This document shows positions 45,231 to 56,742 of a stretch of 59,592 nt of DNA, piece by piece. Below the pieces are notes generated by a model that saw only the letters and a program-made list of their open reading frames with translations, did no database searches and was not told where the DNA came from. Source of the stretch: Gemmatimonadota bacterium. GTDB taxonomy: Bacteria; Gemmatimonadota; Gemmatimonadetes; Gemmatimonadales; GWC2-71-9. How positions within the stretch are numbered: position 1 is the stretch's first letter; every line of letters begins with the position of its first letter. Where the stretch lies: the NCBI GenBank assembly GCA_036679605.1, contig JAZDCZ010000244.1, forward strand, positions 1 through 59,592. Reading direction: 5' to 3'. A program made the position numbers and the translations under genes.

Positions 45231-45692
45231 CTAGCCGATTACACCTATCTCGTACAGTCGATAGACAAAGAACACGATCACCGCACTCTCCAACACCCAC
45301 GACCACGGCTGTTTGTAGTACCCGGTGTACATCTCCATACCCCAATAACCGGTGTCCTTGAACAGGGCGAGCGTGAATCTCCGTTTTGAGAATGGCCATA
45401 GAAGCGGTAGGCCAACTGTGCTTCCAATGTCGGCCGCAAAATGAGTCATAATTGCAACGAAAGTGAAGATCGCATAATGGGGTGACCAGATCGCTACGAG
45501 CGCACTCATCATGATGGCAAACCATGTGGTGTGCGTCACCGTGCAATGAAATTTGGACCCCGCAACCCCGCTCTTTTCGATCAGTGAGTCAACGTTCGGA
45601 ATAAAGTGCATCACAAGACACAGAAAAGCTGTCTTCGGATTCCAATCGTACGTGGCGATTGAAAGAGCCAACGGTACATGGCCAAGCTGCAT
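45231..45692 (-). CDS. small membrane metal-dependent hydrolase-like protein (YdjM-like)
   Basis: GH, IPNVD, HCTVTHT, THFAAD...G.PLLWPF. Confidence 0.75.
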   Translation of the reverse strand: MQLGHVPLALSIATYDWNPKTAFLCLVMHFIPNVDSLIEKSGVAGSKFHCTVTHTTWFAIMMSALVAIWSPHYAIFTFVAIMTHFAADIGSTVGLPLLWPFSKRRFTLALFKDTGYWGMEMYTGYYKQPWSWVLESAVIVFFVYRLYEIGVIG

Positions 45693-45736
45693 ATTTGCTT
45701 CCTCCAGAGTTGGAAAGCCACTCTAGTGTGATGTAA

Positions 45737-46144
45737 TTACTCGTCCCGATCTACCGGCCGGCGATCTCGTTTTAGTGTTGAGCGTTTCCTCTTGTTTTCA
45801 AGTCGTTTCTTTTTCGTGGCGGCCGGTATCCGCGTCTTCTTACGCGGACGAGGCTGTTGCAGTGCCTTCGCCACCAAGGCATTGAGGCGTTCCACCGCAG
45901 CCTCGCGGTTCCGCAGTTGACTGCGTCTTTCATCTGCGGCCACCTGGAGGACGCCACTAGCGTCAATCCGATTTGCGAGTTTGCGCAACACCAGTTCCCG
46001 CTGAGCCTCTGAGAGGCTCGGGGTCTCTGCTACGTTCCACAGCGCCTCCACTCTTGTAGAGGCCTTGTTGACGTGCTGTCCGCCGGGCCCGCCAGCACGG
46101 CTAGCACGAAACGTTAGCTCGCGCTCCGGTACGGTAAACGTCAT
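45737..46144 (-). CDS. arfB: alternative ribosome-rescue peptidyl-tRNA hydrolase ArfB
   Basis: RAGGPGGQHVNK, RSQLRNRE.A, basic C-terminal tail. Confidence 0.93.
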   Translation of the reverse strand: MTFTVPERELTFRASRAGGPGGQHVNKASTRVEALWNVAETPSLSEAQRELVLRKLANRIDASGVLQVAADERRSQLRNREAAVERLNALVAKALQQPRPRKKTRIPAATKKKRLENKRKRSTLKRDRRPVDRDE

Positions 46145-46222
46145 GGCTTCGGAAAATAGTCGACAGCAGCCCAACCGGAAGCGGTGGCTAGCTTTGCGAC
46201 CCTGGGCCAGCGACCTTTACGC

Positions 46223-47401
46223 ATGAATAATGATCGCAGAATGGCTCGAAGTGAGTACCGAGATGTGGCACTTGTGCTGTCAGGTGGCGGGGCGCGGGCC
46301 AGTTATCAGGTGGGCGTCCTGTCGGCGATCGTCGAGCGAGTGCCCGATCTCCAGGTCCCGATTATCACCGGGGTCTCTGCTGGGGCGATCAATGCCGTGA
46401 GCCTCGCGGCCCATCCGGATTCGTTCGGTGAAGCGGTGATTGCCCTACGGGAGAAGTGGAGCCGGCTTACATCAGATCAGGTCTATTGTCTCCGCCCGAC
46501 GTCTATGGTCCGGGCCGTGTTGCGGTGGGCCGGTTGCGCCATCATACACAGTGAGTTTGGGCCGGGTGTGCTGCGGGGACTCTTGGATCTGTCGCCGCTC
46601 CGTGCGTTCCTGGCCCAAGGAGTCGATCCCCACGGGGTCCGTAACAATATCGAATCGGGCCGGCTGGATGCGTTAGCACTGAGCGCCACATCGTACGCGA
46701 GCGGCAAGACAGTGACGTTCGTGGAGGGCTGCGAGGGAGTCCCCATGTGGGAGCGAGCCATGCGGATATCTGCCCGCTCGAGTATTTCCCTGGACCATGT
46801 GTTGGCCTCATCAGCCATTCCCATAGTCTTCCCGGCGGTCAAGCTGGAAGACGGCTTCTATGGCGACGGGAGCGTGCGGCAGACGGCTCCGCTGGCGCCC
46901 GCGATACACCTGGGTGCGCGCAGAGTGATTGCCATCGCCATGCGTGCGGACACACCCGTGAAAGGGCCCTCGGTCCCGATCGGTGATTACCCCACGGCGG
47001 CGGAGGTGGTGTCGCTCCTGTTCAACTCGATCTTCCTGGACGCCCTGTCGGCCGATGTCGAACGACTCGAACGGTTGAATCAACTCGTAGGCTCGTTGTC
47101 GCAGGTCGGCGCGAGTCCCAACGGGCTCAGAGAGATAGACCTGCTGGTACTCAAGCCGTCGCGCGATCTTGGAGCCTTGGCCAAAGGGCGCGAAGTGGAT
47201 CTTCCCTGGATGGTGAGGTCGATAGTCCGATCGATCGGTGGTCGGCGTCAGCGGGCTTCGGACTTGTTGAGCTACCTCTTGTTCGATCCCGGATACATCT
47301 CAGAACTAATGGACCTGGGATATTCCGACGCGGTAGCCCGTTGGAGCGAAATCGAGCAGTTCATCGCCCGATGTGTAGAGTGCGATCCGTTACCGGGCTA
47401 G
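46223..47401 (+). CDS. patatin-like phospholipase (start uncertain: 46184, 46223 or 46241)
   Basis: LSGGGARASYQ, GVSAG, ASSAIP..FP, GDGS. Confidence 0.9.
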   Translation: MNNDRRMARSEYRDVALVLSGGGARASYQVGVLSAIVERVPDLQVPIITGVSAGAINAVSLAAHPDSFGEAVIALREKWSRLTSDQVYCLRPTSMVRAVLRWAGCAIIHSEFGPGVLRGLLDLSPLRAFLAQGVDPHGVRNNIESGRLDALALSATSYASGKTVTFVEGCEGVPMWERAMRISARSSISLDHVLASSAIPIVFPAVKLEDGFYGDGSVRQTAPLAPAIHLGARRVIAIAMRADTPVKGPSVPIGDYPTAAEVVSLLFNSIFLDALSADVERLERLNQLVGSLSQVGASPNGLREIDLLVLKPSRDLGALAKGREVDLPWMVRSIVRSIGGRRQRASDLLSYLLFDPGYISELMDLGYSDAVARWSEIEQFIARCVECDPLPG

Positions 47402-47454
47402 TGTGGCCTGCTAGGAGTCTGTTTGGAAACGGGGCGCGACGGCCACTGGAAACG

Positions 47455-50232
47455 CTACACTTGGGAAACCAGGTCCCGCAACACGTATTGGAGGATGCCC
47501 CCGTTGCGGTAGTAATCGACCTCGGTTGCGGTATCCAGACGCGCAACCATCGCAAACTCCTCTGTCGTTCCGTCCGTCCGCGAGGCGGTCACCGTGACTC
47601 CCGAACCCGGCCCAAGATCGTCGGTGATACCCCGGATTGAGTAGGTCTCGGTGCCGTCCAGACCATGTGCTTCCAGACCATCACCGTCGTGGAACTGTAA
47701 GGGAAGTACACCCATCCCGATGAGGTTGCTGCGGTGAATCCTCTCGTATCCTTGGGCCAGCACGGCTCTGACACCTAATAGCAAAGTCCCCTTCGCAGCC
47801 CAGTCGCGAGAACTCCCGGTCCCGTATTCCTTCCCGGCGATCACGATTAGGGGAGTGCCGTCGTTCTGGTATCGCGTCGCAGCGTCATATATGCTGGTTT
47901 GTTGGCCCGATGGGAGATGGATGGTCCAGTTTCCCTCTGTGCCATCGACCAACTTGTTCCTGATTCGAATGTTGCCGAACGTGCCACGCATCATCACGTC
48001 GTGGTGACCACGCCGTGATCCAAACGTGTTAAACCCTGATGGTTTGACGCCTCGCTCGATCAACCAATGGCCGGCCGGTCCATCCTTGGGGATTGCACCT
48101 GCAGGCGAGATATGATCGGTCGTGACGGTGTCGCCCAGCCACACCAACACTCTGGCACCATCAATGTCGCCCACGGGCTTTGGGTCCTTTTCCATGCCGG
48201 TGAAAAAGGGCGGATTCGCGATGTATGTTGACTTCGGGTCCCAATCGAATCGGCCACTGTCGGCCGCCGGAGCCGGTAGGTTTTGCCAAGCTTCGGTGCC
48301 CTCGAACACACTCGCATACTCGCGCTCGAACATCTCGGGTTTGAGTGCTTGGGACATCGCCTCATTGATCTCCTCGGCGCTCGGCCAGATGTCCGCCAGG
48401 TATACGGGTTGGCCGCTTGAGTCTTTACCGAGTGGGTCGGTGGTCAAGTCTATGTCGATGCGACCGGCAATCGCGTATGCGACGACCAACATTGGGGAGG
48501 TGAGGTAGTTCGCTCTAACCAAGGGGTGGATGCGAGCTTCGAAGTTCCGGTTGCCCGACAGGATAGCTGCCGCCACGAGTTCATGCTCGCTAATGGCGCG
48601 GGCTATGGGCTCTGCTAGTGGGCCGCTGTTCCCGATGCAGGTCGTGCAGCCGTAACCGACAGTGTGAAAACCAAGCGCCTCCAAAGGTTCGGTCAGGCCG
48701 GATTCGTTGAGGTAACTGGTGACAACCTTTGAGCCGGGAGCAAGGCTGGTCTTGACCCATGGTTTGCGGTCCAATCCCCGGGCCAGAGCGTTACGGGCTA
48801 CGAGGCCGGCGCCGATCATGACAGAGGGGTTTGACGTGTTGGTGCAGCTCGTAATTGCCGCGATCACGATGGAGCCGTCGCATAGCTTGAACCTGCTTCC
48901 GTCGTATTCCACTTCCGCGACTGCGGCGATGTCCGGTGCGACGGCGATGGCGGTCGCCGGTGACTGACCGCCCTCACCGGCCCACACTGCGCCGTCACGT
49001 TCCCCGACTTCTCGCTTTGCGCCGGAGGGGACCAGGTTCGGCAGCACCAGCTTGAAGGCTTCCTTCGCTTCTGCCACCAGTATTCGATCTTGCGGTCGGC
49101 GCGGTCCGGCGATGGACGGCTCTACCGTGTCCAAGTCGAGTTCCAGTACGCTGGAGTAATCCGCGTCCGGAGCGTCCTCGGTGCGAAATAAATCAAGTGC
49201 CTTGGATACCCGCTCGACACGTTCCACCAGCTCGGCCGGTCTACCGGTACGCCGTAGGTAGAGAAGTGTCTCATCGTCAACCGGGAAGAAACCCATCGTC
49301 GCGCCGTACTCCGGAGCCATATTTGCCATGGTAGCGCGATCGGCGAGCCCCAAGGTCGATAGCGCGGAACCGAAGAACTCGACGAACTTGCCCACGACTC
49401 CGTGTTTTCGGAGCATCTGGGTCACCACGAGCACGAGATCGGTCGCGGTCGCTCCCTTCGGGAGCCGCCCGGTGAGTTTCATTCCCACCACTTGCGGGAG
49501 CTGCATGAAGTAGGGCTGGCCGAGCATTACGGCTTCGGCTTCGATTCCGCCAACACCCCAACCCATGATGCCGAGACCGTTGATCATGGTGGTGTGGGAG
49601 TCCGTCCCGACGAGTGTATCGGGAAAGACGACACTCGTACCGTCTTGATCCACTCGTCTAATCACGCTGCCGAGATATTCCAGGTTGACCTGGTGAACTA
49701 TGCCTGTGCCAGGCGGAACCACTCTGAAATTGTGGAACGCCTTCTGGCCCCAGCGGAGTAGTCCATAGCGTTCTGCATTGCGTTCCATTTCCCTTTCGAC
49801 GTTCAGGCCTAGCGCCGCGGGAGTACCGAAGAAATCGACCTGCACGGAATGGTCGATCACCAAATCCGTCTGCACGAGCGGGTTGATCCGCTGGGGATCG
49901 CCGCCGAGTGCTACTATCGCATCGCGCATGGCGGCCAGATCGACGACCGCGGGTACACCGGTGAAGTCCTGGAGGACCACGCGACCCGGCATGAAGGGAA
50001 TCTCCAGGCTGCGGTCCGGTTCTCGCTGCCAACGAGCTACAGCCTCAACGTGCTGCTCGGTCACGCTGCCGCGGTTGCAGTGGCGCAAGACGTTCTCGAG
50101 CAAGACTCGAATGGAGAAAGGCAGTCGGTCGAGGTCGGTGACCCCGTCTGCGGCCAGCGGTTTGAGGCTGTACAGAGTAGCCTGGCCTTCGGGGAGATCT
50201 ATAGTAGTCTGAGATTCGAAAGGGCTTGTCAT
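47455..50232 (-). CDS. acnA: aconitate hydratase AcnA
   Basis: LQDFTGVP, GTDSHT, AITSCTNTSNP, GYGCTTCIGNSG, GSSRDWAAKG. Confidence 0.97.
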   Translation of the reverse strand: MTSPFESQTTIDLPEGQATLYSLKPLAADGVTDLDRLPFSIRVLLENVLRHCNRGSVTEQHVEAVARWQREPDRSLEIPFMPGRVVLQDFTGVPAVVDLAAMRDAIVALGGDPQRINPLVQTDLVIDHSVQVDFFGTPAALGLNVEREMERNAERYGLLRWGQKAFHNFRVVPPGTGIVHQVNLEYLGSVIRRVDQDGTSVVFPDTLVGTDSHTTMINGLGIMGWGVGGIEAEAVMLGQPYFMQLPQVVGMKLTGRLPKGATATDLVLVVTQMLRKHGVVGKFVEFFGSALSTLGLADRATMANMAPEYGATMGFFPVDDETLLYLRRTGRPAELVERVERVSKALDLFRTEDAPDADYSSVLELDLDTVEPSIAGPRRPQDRILVAEAKEAFKLVLPNLVPSGAKREVGERDGAVWAGEGGQSPATAIAVAPDIAAVAEVEYDGSRFKLCDGSIVIAAITSCTNTSNPSVMIGAGLVARNALARGLDRKPWVKTSLAPGSKVVTSYLNESGLTEPLEALGFHTVGYGCTTCIGNSGPLAEPIARAISEHELVAAAILSGNRNFEARIHPLVRANYLTSPMLVVAYAIAGRIDIDLTTDPLGKDSSGQPVYLADIWPSAEEINEAMSQALKPEMFEREYASVFEGTEAWQNLPAPAADSGRFDWDPKSTYIANPPFFTGMEKDPKPVGDIDGARVLVWLGDTVTTDHISPAGAIPKDGPAGHWLIERGVKPSGFNTFGSRRGHHDVMMRGTFGNIRIRNKLVDGTEGNWTIHLPSGQQTSIYDAATRYQNDGTPLIVIAGKEYGTGSSRDWAAKGTLLLGVRAVLAQGYERIHRSNLIGMGVLPLQFHDGDGLEAHGLDGTETYSIRGITDDLGPGSGVTVTASRTDGTTEEFAMVARLDTATEVDYYRNGGILQYVLRDLVSQV

Positions 50233-50378
50233 ATTGATTAAGATAAAGGGTTCAACAGGCGTCTGGTGGCGCCTTCGTGCCGGCGTATGTAAGATGTCCC
50301 TGGGTCCGAGCCGATTGCCTGGGTGCGCGGCGGCGCCTACCCACCGTTTCAAGATGATATACCTAGGAGACGAAGCAA

Positions 50379-52400
50379 ATGTCCGAGTCTGCCGTGGCTG
50401 ACTCCAAGGCCCTGGACGAGCTGTGTATAAATACGGTGCGGACGTTAGCGATCGATGCGGTCCAGCGGGCTAATTCCGGTCACCCGGGAGCGCCCATGGG
50501 GCTGGCACCGCTCTGCTACGTGCTTTGGACTAGGCATCTGCGACACAATCCACGCGATCCTACATGGCCCGGTCGAGACCGCTTTGTGCTCTCGTGCGGT
50601 CATGCTTCGATGTTGCTCTATAGTCTGCTATACCTGACTGGTTACGACCTTTCGTTAGATGACCTGAAGGGGTTCAGGCAGTGGGGCAGTCTGACGCCTG
50701 GGCATCCGGAGTACGGTCATACGCCGGGAGTGGAAACGACGACGGGTCCATTGGGGCAGGGTCTGGCCAACGCAGTCGGGATGGCTGTAGCCCACGCTCA
50801 TCTTGCCGGCGAGTTCAACCGGCCCGGCCGAGAGGTTGTGGATCACACGATCTATTTCCTCGCCAGTGATGGCGACCTTATGGAGGGACTCTCGCACGAG
50901 GCCGCATCTTTGGCCGGACATCTCAGGCTCGGTAACCTCATCGGATTTTATGACGACAATCATATCACTATCGATGGTGACACCGTGCTGGCAATGAGCG
51001 ACAACGCGAAGCAGCGGTTCGAGGCGTACGGCTGGAACGTCGAGCATGTGGCCGACGGCAACGATCTCACTGCCATCGACCGTGCGATCACTGCTGCGAG
51101 AGCCGTAACCGATCGTCCGTCAATCATCATGGTCAGGACGCATATTGGGTTTGGCAGTCCGAACAAGCAGGACACGGCGGGCGCGCATGGAGCCCCGCTT
51201 GGAGAGGAAGAGGTGCGGCTTACTAAACAACAGTTGGGGTGGGATTACGAGGAGCCGTTCTCGGTGCCGGAGGAAGCCCTTGCAGAGTGGCGCAGTGTGG
51301 TGGAGAGAGGGGCGCTGCAGCAGAGCGAGTGGGACGCCAGGCTTGAAGCGTACGCGTCGGAGCACCCGGACGCGGCGGCTGAGTTTCGCCGTCGTGTATC
51401 AGGACGGCTGCCGAAAGACTGGGAGGATGCTTTGCCCTCTTTTTCGGCAGATTCCGGTCCGCTAGCGACGCGCTCGGTTTCCGGCAAAGTGCTGAACGCC
51501 CTGTCGGTTGCCCTACCGGAACTCGTCGGCGGTTCAGCAGATCTAGCCGGATCCAACAATACGTTGATCGATGATGCGGTAGCGCTGAGTGCCGAGGAAC
51601 CGGCCGGAAGAAACATTTTCTTTGGGGTCCGCGAGCACGCTATGGCAGCAGTGCTCAACGGCATGGTCTTACACGGTGGGTTCATCCCATACGGTGGGAC
51701 ATTCCTCATCTTTTCGGACTATATGCGACCGGCGATTCGCCTTGCGGCGATGATGGGGCTTGGGCCGATCTACGTCTTTACACACGACTCGATCGGGCTT
51801 GGTGAGGACGGACCCACCCATCAACCAATCGAAACGCTCTCGGCTTTGCGCGCGATTCCCAACCTCACCGTGATTCGTCCCGCCGATGCAGCTGAGACGG
51901 TCGAAGCTTGGAGGGTGGCGATCAAGAGCCGGAGCGGACCAGTCGCACTAGCTCTAACCCGTCAAAAGGTGCCCTCGCTAGACCGTGCCTTGAGTTCGGC
52001 TGCCGACCTCGAGCGGGGTGCATACGTTTTGTCCGAGGCCGAGACGTCAGTTCAGGCCGTGATCGTAGCGACGGGCTCTGAAGTTCAGATAGCGCTCGAG
52101 GCACAGAAAACGCTGGCCGCCGAAGGGGTTGGCGCACGCGTCGTCAGCATGCCATGTATGGAATTGTTCGCGGCGCAATCCGAGGAATACCGCAACGAGG
52201 TGTTGCCTCCGGAAATCACTACGCGGGTTGCAGTTGAGGCAGGGCATCCGATGTCGTGGTACCGCTGGGTCGGCGAGCGGGGGGCCGTCGTGGCGTTGGA
52301 GCGATTCGGAGCCTCGGCGCCGTGTGCTCGACTTTACGAGGAACTGGGCATTACCGCAGACGCAGTTGTGCAGCAGGTCAAGCATCTCATTGAACAGTGA
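50379..52400 (+). CDS. tkt: transketolase
   Basis: [32 protein letters not shown]. Confidence 0.97.
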   Translation: MSESAVADSKALDELCINTVRTLAIDAVQRANSGHPGAPMGLAPLCYVLWTRHLRHNPRDPTWPGRDRFVLSCGHASMLLYSLLYLTGYDLSLDDLKGFRQWGSLTPGHPEYGHTPGVETTTGPLGQGLANAVGMAVAHAHLAGEFNRPGREVVDHTIYFLASDGDLMEGLSHEAASLAGHLRLGNLIGFYDDNHITIDGDTVLAMSDNAKQRFEAYGWNVEHVADGNDLTAIDRAITAARAVTDRPSIIMVRTHIGFGSPNKQDTAGAHGAPLGEEEVRLTKQQLGWDYEEPFSVPEEALAEWRSVVERGALQQSEWDARLEAYASEHPDAAAEFRRRVSGRLPKDWEDALPSFSADSGPLATRSVSGKVLNALSVALPELVGGSADLAGSNNTLIDDAVALSAEEPAGRNIFFGVREHAMAAVLNGMVLHGGFIPYGGTFLIFSDYMRPAIRLAAMMGLGPIYVFTHDSIGLGEDGPTHQPIETLSALRAIPNLTVIRPADAAETVEAWRVAIKSRSGPVALALTRQKVPSLDRALSSAADLERGAYVLSEAETSVQAVIVATGSEVQIALEAQKTLAAEGVGARVVSMPCMELFAAQSEEYRNEVLPPEITTRVAVEAGHPMSWYRWVGERGAVVALERFGASAPCARLYEELGITADAVVQQVKHLIEQ

Positions 52401-53922
52401 CGCTAGTCGCGGGACGCTGATAACCCGCATTTGGAATCGGGATCCTACCGTTTGGAGCGACGAGCCCGGCGCTCCGGAGATAGCAAATCGTTTGGGCTGG
52501 CTGACTGTCGCGCAAGACATGAGTGAAGAGGTCGATGATTTGGTTCAGTTCGGCGATGCTGTGCGTCACGAGTTCGATCGAGTCGTCCTCTTGGGAATGG
52601 GAGGGTCGAGTCTAGCGCCAGAGGTCATGCGTCAGGCATTTGGTTCGGCCGACGGGTTTCCCTCTCTCACCGTACTCGACAGCACGCACCCGGATGCAAT
52701 ACGTGCTGTAGACATTGCGCCGATCGATCGGACACTCTTTGTCGTGGCCAGCAAGTCCGGCACGACTCTCGAGACCATCAGCCTTTTCGAGCACTGCTGG
52801 GTCGAGAGCGGCGGCCGCGGTTCACAGTTCGTTGCCATCACCGACCGTGACACGCCGCTAGATGAACTTGCAGAGCAGCACAAATTTCGCCGCACGTTCA
52901 ACAACCCCGCCGACATTGGAGGTCGTTATTCTGCGTTGTCGTTGTTCGGGTTGGTCCCTGCGGCATTGATGGGAGTGGATATTGCTAAGCTGCTTCGGCG
53001 TGCGAACGCGATGGCCGAGTCATGTCGCAATACCGATCCGGACGAGAACCCGGGTGCCATGTTAGGTGCCATGATGGGAGATTCTGCGCTCGCGGGTAGG
53101 GACAGGCTGACTGTGTTGCTGCCGTTGTCCATTGCGAGTCTGGGGCCATGGGTGGAGCAGCTCGTGGCGGAAAGTACCGGCAAGGACGGAAGGGGCATCC
53201 TCCCATTGAACTTTGTCGGTGTTGATCCATATGGGGAACAAGACAATGGTCTGCTGTTCATTGGCGTCGATCTACTGGATAGCGATCCCGCATCCGTCCG
53301 GCGTAGCAGGGAGATGGTGGCAACGTCCGATCATCCTGCAACGGTGCTGGAACTCATGGACGCCTACGATATCGGCGGTGAGTTTTTCCGCTGGAGTTTT
53401 GCAACGGCGTTTGCGGGCGCGGTACTGGGTGTCAACCCATTTGACCAACCGAACGTGGCTGAGAGCAAGAGTAATACGCAGAGAGTTCTCGATGAGGCGT
53501 CGGAAGCCGCGCATGCTCCCTACACGGGGTCCACAGACGTCGAGCAGTTCTTTGCCGCGGTGGAACCCGGAGCGTATCTCTCGATAATGGCATACGTGCC
53601 GTCCAACGCTGACAACGACGACATGCTGGAGCGAGCCAGGATCAGTTTGGAGTCCAAGCTTGGCGTTGCGGTAACGGCAGGATACGGTCCCAGGCTGTTG
53701 CACTCTACTGGTCAGCTACACAAGGGCGGTCCAAAGACAGGACACTTCATGCAGATTGTGGATTCGTCGTTCGACCATGACCTACCCGTGCCGGGAAAAC
53801 CATACACGTTTGGTCGCCTGCTGACGGCGCAGGCGGACGGAGACTTCCAAGCACTGAGTGGGAGGGGCCGGCCCATCGTCAGGATGCGCACCATGGCAGA
53901 GCTGTTGGAAAAGACAACGTGA
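52390..53922 (+). CDS. pgi: glucose-6-phosphate isomerase (type resembling the PGI half of Tal-Pgi fusions)
   Basis: [51 protein letters not shown] start overlapping the tkt end. Confidence 0.88.
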   Translation: MNSDASRGTLITRIWNRDPTVWSDEPGAPEIANRLGWLTVAQDMSEEVDDLVQFGDAVRHEFDRVVLLGMGGSSLAPEVMRQAFGSADGFPSLTVLDSTHPDAIRAVDIAPIDRTLFVVASKSGTTLETISLFEHCWVESGGRGSQFVAITDRDTPLDELAEQHKFRRTFNNPADIGGRYSALSLFGLVPAALMGVDIAKLLRRANAMAESCRNTDPDENPGAMLGAMMGDSALAGRDRLTVLLPLSIASLGPWVEQLVAESTGKDGRGILPLNFVGVDPYGEQDNGLLFIGVDLLDSDPASVRRSREMVATSDHPATVLELMDAYDIGGEFFRWSFATAFAGAVLGVNPFDQPNVAESKSNTQRVLDEASEAAHAPYTGSTDVEQFFAAVEPGAYLSIMAYVPSNADNDDMLERARISLESKLGVAVTAGYGPRLLHSTGQLHKGGPKTGHFMQIVDSSFDHDLPVPGKPYTFGRLLTAQADGDFQALSGRGRPIVRMRTMAELLEKTT

Positions 53923-54608
53923 CGGGCGTCCCCGTCGATGCGAACGCGCTCAAGCGCGAGGCTGCTGAGCGGGCGGTCGAGTTCGTGCGCTCTGGAATGG
54001 TGTTGGGGTTGGGTACAGGTTCGACCACGACCTTCGCGGTACGAGAAATTGGTCGCAAGCTAGAGGGCGGAGAACTCGAGCGGTTGGTGGGCATTCCAAC
54101 GTCGACCGAAACAAGAGATCTTGCACAGTCTCTCGGGATTGTCCTCTCGACGTTGGAGGAGCACCCCGTCATCGATCTCACGATCGACGGTGCAGACGAG
54201 GTAGATCCCGCGGGCAACCTCATCAAGGGTGGAGGCGGTGCACTCCTGTGGGAGAAGATCGTAGCTACGGCGTCGCGGCAACTAGTGATTGTCGTCGACG
54301 AAAGCAAGATGGTAGAGCGACTGGGTTTGGGATTTGCGCTTCCGGTAGAGGTCGTCGCATTCGGTTGGAAAACGCATGAGAGAACCATCCGAGAATTGGG
54401 TGCCGAGCCTGTGTTGCGACAGCATGTTGCGGGTGCTCCGTTCCGTACCGATGAAGGTCACTACATCATCGATTGCAAATTTGCAGAGGGAATAACAGAT
54501 CCTCACTCAGTGTCCCGCACGCTGATGGAGCGCCCGGGCGTTGTAGAAACGGGCCTCTTCCTGGGGATGTCACCTGAGATCGTGGTGGGGCGGAGCGCCA
54601 AAGTGTGA
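53919..54608 (+). CDS. rpiA: ribose-5-phosphate isomerase A
   Basis: GLGTGST, DGADEVD, KGGGGAL..EKIV. Confidence 0.96.
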   Translation: MTGVPVDANALKREAAERAVEFVRSGMVLGLGTGSTTTFAVREIGRKLEGGELERLVGIPTSTETRDLAQSLGIVLSTLEEHPVIDLTIDGADEVDPAGNLIKGGGGALLWEKIVATASRQLVIVVDESKMVERLGLGFALPVEVVAFGWKTHERTIRELGAEPVLRQHVAGAPFRTDEGHYIIDCKFAEGITDPHSVSRTLMERPGVVETGLFLGMSPEIVVGRSAKV

Positions 54609-55327
54609 GGCGTTACCTCCCGCTCGTATTCGGCGTCGTGGCTGGGTTGGTGTGTGTACGTCTGGGAGTTTGGCAGTTGAATAGACTTTCGGAGCGCAGG
54701 GCAGTGAATGTGCGCAGGGAATCTCGTCTCGCCATGGCGGTCGTCAATCTCGACGAGCATCCAACTGAGGATTCCCTTGAGGGCAGACGCGCCTCGGCAA
54801 CGGGGGTCTTCGATTTCGAGCGCCAGATCGTTGTTATGCTGCGCGGTCTGCGAGGCGTTCCCGGCGTGCACATTGTGACACCGCTTCGATTGGAAGATGG
54901 AACGGCTGTGTTGGTGGAGCGTGGTTGGGCACCTTCGTCCGATGGCAAGACAGTGGAGCTGTCCAAGCTCGCTGAGCCCGACACGTCGGTTGTGGAGGGG
55001 TTGCTTGTGCTATCGTCGGGCCAGGCGGAAATGTCCATCGCTGACAACTGGCCGATTTATGTGCGGCGTCCAAACCCCGTGGATCTGGAATCGCGTTTTC
55101 CCTATTCGCTGATGCCTGAGGTGTTGCGGCGTACCGAGCTGCCTGCCGCTGCTCCTCCAGTGCTTCGGCCGCTACCGCTGCCGGATCTCACGAACGGTCC
55201 GCATCTGTCGTATGCCATCCAATGGTTTTCATTTGCGGTGATAGCAGTAGTGGGATCGGCGATTTTGGTGTGGCGTGAAAGCCGGCCGGGTTCCGGCGTT
55301 AATGAACGCCACACGGACTCCCTTTAG
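54605..55327 (+). CDS. SURF1-family membrane protein
   Basis: LG.WQ..R...R, VTPL, LV.RGW, GPHLSYAIQWF.FA. Confidence 0.92.
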   Translation: MRRYLPLVFGVVAGLVCVRLGVWQLNRLSERRAVNVRRESRLAMAVVNLDEHPTEDSLEGRRASATGVFDFERQIVVMLRGLRGVPGVHIVTPLRLEDGTAVLVERGWAPSSDGKTVELSKLAEPDTSVVEGLLVLSSGQAEMSIADNWPIYVRRPNPVDLESRFPYSLMPEVLRRTELPAAAPPVLRPLPLPDLTNGPHLSYAIQWFSFAVIAVVGSAILVWRESRPGSGVNERHTDSL

Positions 55328-55451
55328 GGTGATCCAGCGCGTAGCGCTGCGGAGCGAGCGTTTTTCAACTCACTTCCAGCTCTCCTATTGACATCCGGCG
55401 TCCAATCTCAGAGTCTGCAAGTAGGTCTGTCCCCTTGATCGGAGCTGCCCC

Positions 55452-56738
55452 ATGAAGACCCGTCGTGAGTTTCTGAATTCCGTGTTCGGGACCGCCGCCG
55501 TGACGATCCCCGCCCTCCGCAGTGACGGCATCGAGCGGATTCTCTCGGCCACTTCGTTTGTTGCGGACCGCAGTCCGGAAGAGGTCGCTGCGGACGAGGA
55601 CTTCTGGCTCGAGATCCAACAGGCGTTCACCGTCGACCGCAGTTTGGTGAATCTCAATAACGGCGGTGTGTCACCCAGTCCCAAGACCGTGCAGGACGCC
55701 ATGCAGCGGTTCCTCGACTTTTCCAACCAGGCACCGGTCTACACCATGTGGCGGATTCTGGAACCGCAGGTCGAGGGCGTACGCACCCGGCTGGCAAGAA
55801 ATTTCGGGTGTGATCCTGAGGAGATGGCGATCACGCGCAATGCCAGCGAGGCATTAGAGATCTGTCAGTTCGGGATGGACTTGAAGCCGGGCGACGAGAT
55901 TCTCACCACCGACCAAGATTACGGTCGCATGCTGACTACATGGGACCAGCGAGTTCGGCGCGAGGGCCTGACCATAAAGAAGGTCTCGTTTCCAACGCCA
56001 CCGCCCAGCATGCAATTCCTGGTCGATATGTTCGAGGATGCGATCACACCCCGCACCAGAGTGATTCACTTTTGCCACATTACGAATCTGTCAGGTCAGA
56101 TATTTCCCGTTAAGCAAATCTGTCAGATGGCCCGGGCACACGGGATCGAGACGATTGTCGATGGTGCACATGCCTACGCGCACTTTCCATTCACGCGGGA
56201 CGAACTCGATTGCGATCACTACGGAACGTCATTGCACAAGTGGCTCCTAGCCCCGCATGGAACGGGGTTCCTTTATGTAAGGCGAGAAAAAATTGAGAAG
56301 CTGTGGCCACTCATGGCGGCGCCCGATTCGATGAAGGGCAACATCAGAAAGTTTGAGGAGATCGGAACTCACCCCGCCGCGAATCACAATGCGATTGCTG
56401 AAGCACTGACATTCCACAACGGGATTGGTGGCGAGCGCAAGGCAGCGCGGCTCCGCTATCTGCGAGACCGCTGGATGAAGCGGTTGGAGGGTCAGCCCGG
56501 CGTCAAGCTGAACACCAGTTTCGATCCGGCCATGTCGTGCGGGCTTGCCAATGTGGGAGTGGAAGGCATGGAACCGGGTAAGATTACGTCCGAGCTGTGG
56601 AAAACCGGACATATAATCGTGACTCCTATCGGCCATCCCGCCTGCACCGGCATTCGGGTCACACCAAACGTCTATACGACGTTGGAGGAAGTCGATCGGT
56701 TTTCGGAGGCAGTGGAAAAGATTATCAAGAACGCCTAG
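55452..56738 (+). CDS. Tat-exported class V PLP aminotransferase (isopenicillin N epimerase-like)
   Basis: TRREFL Tat motif; NLNNGGVSPSP, RNASEAL, DGAH, SLHKWL. Confidence 0.9.
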   Translation: MKTRREFLNSVFGTAAVTIPALRSDGIERILSATSFVADRSPEEVAADEDFWLEIQQAFTVDRSLVNLNNGGVSPSPKTVQDAMQRFLDFSNQAPVYTMWRILEPQVEGVRTRLARNFGCDPEEMAITRNASEALEICQFGMDLKPGDEILTTDQDYGRMLTTWDQRVRREGLTIKKVSFPTPPPSMQFLVDMFEDAITPRTRVIHFCHITNLSGQIFPVKQICQMARAHGIETIVDGAHAYAHFPFTRDELDCDHYGTSLHKWLLAPHGTGFLYVRREKIEKLWPLMAAPDSMKGNIRKFEEIGTHPAANHNAIAEALTFHNGIGGERKAARLRYLRDRWMKRLEGQPGVKLNTSFDPAMSCGLANVGVEGMEPGKITSELWKTGHIIVTPIGHPACTGIRVTPNVYTTLEEVDRFSEAVEKIIKNA

Positions 56739-56742
56739 GGCG

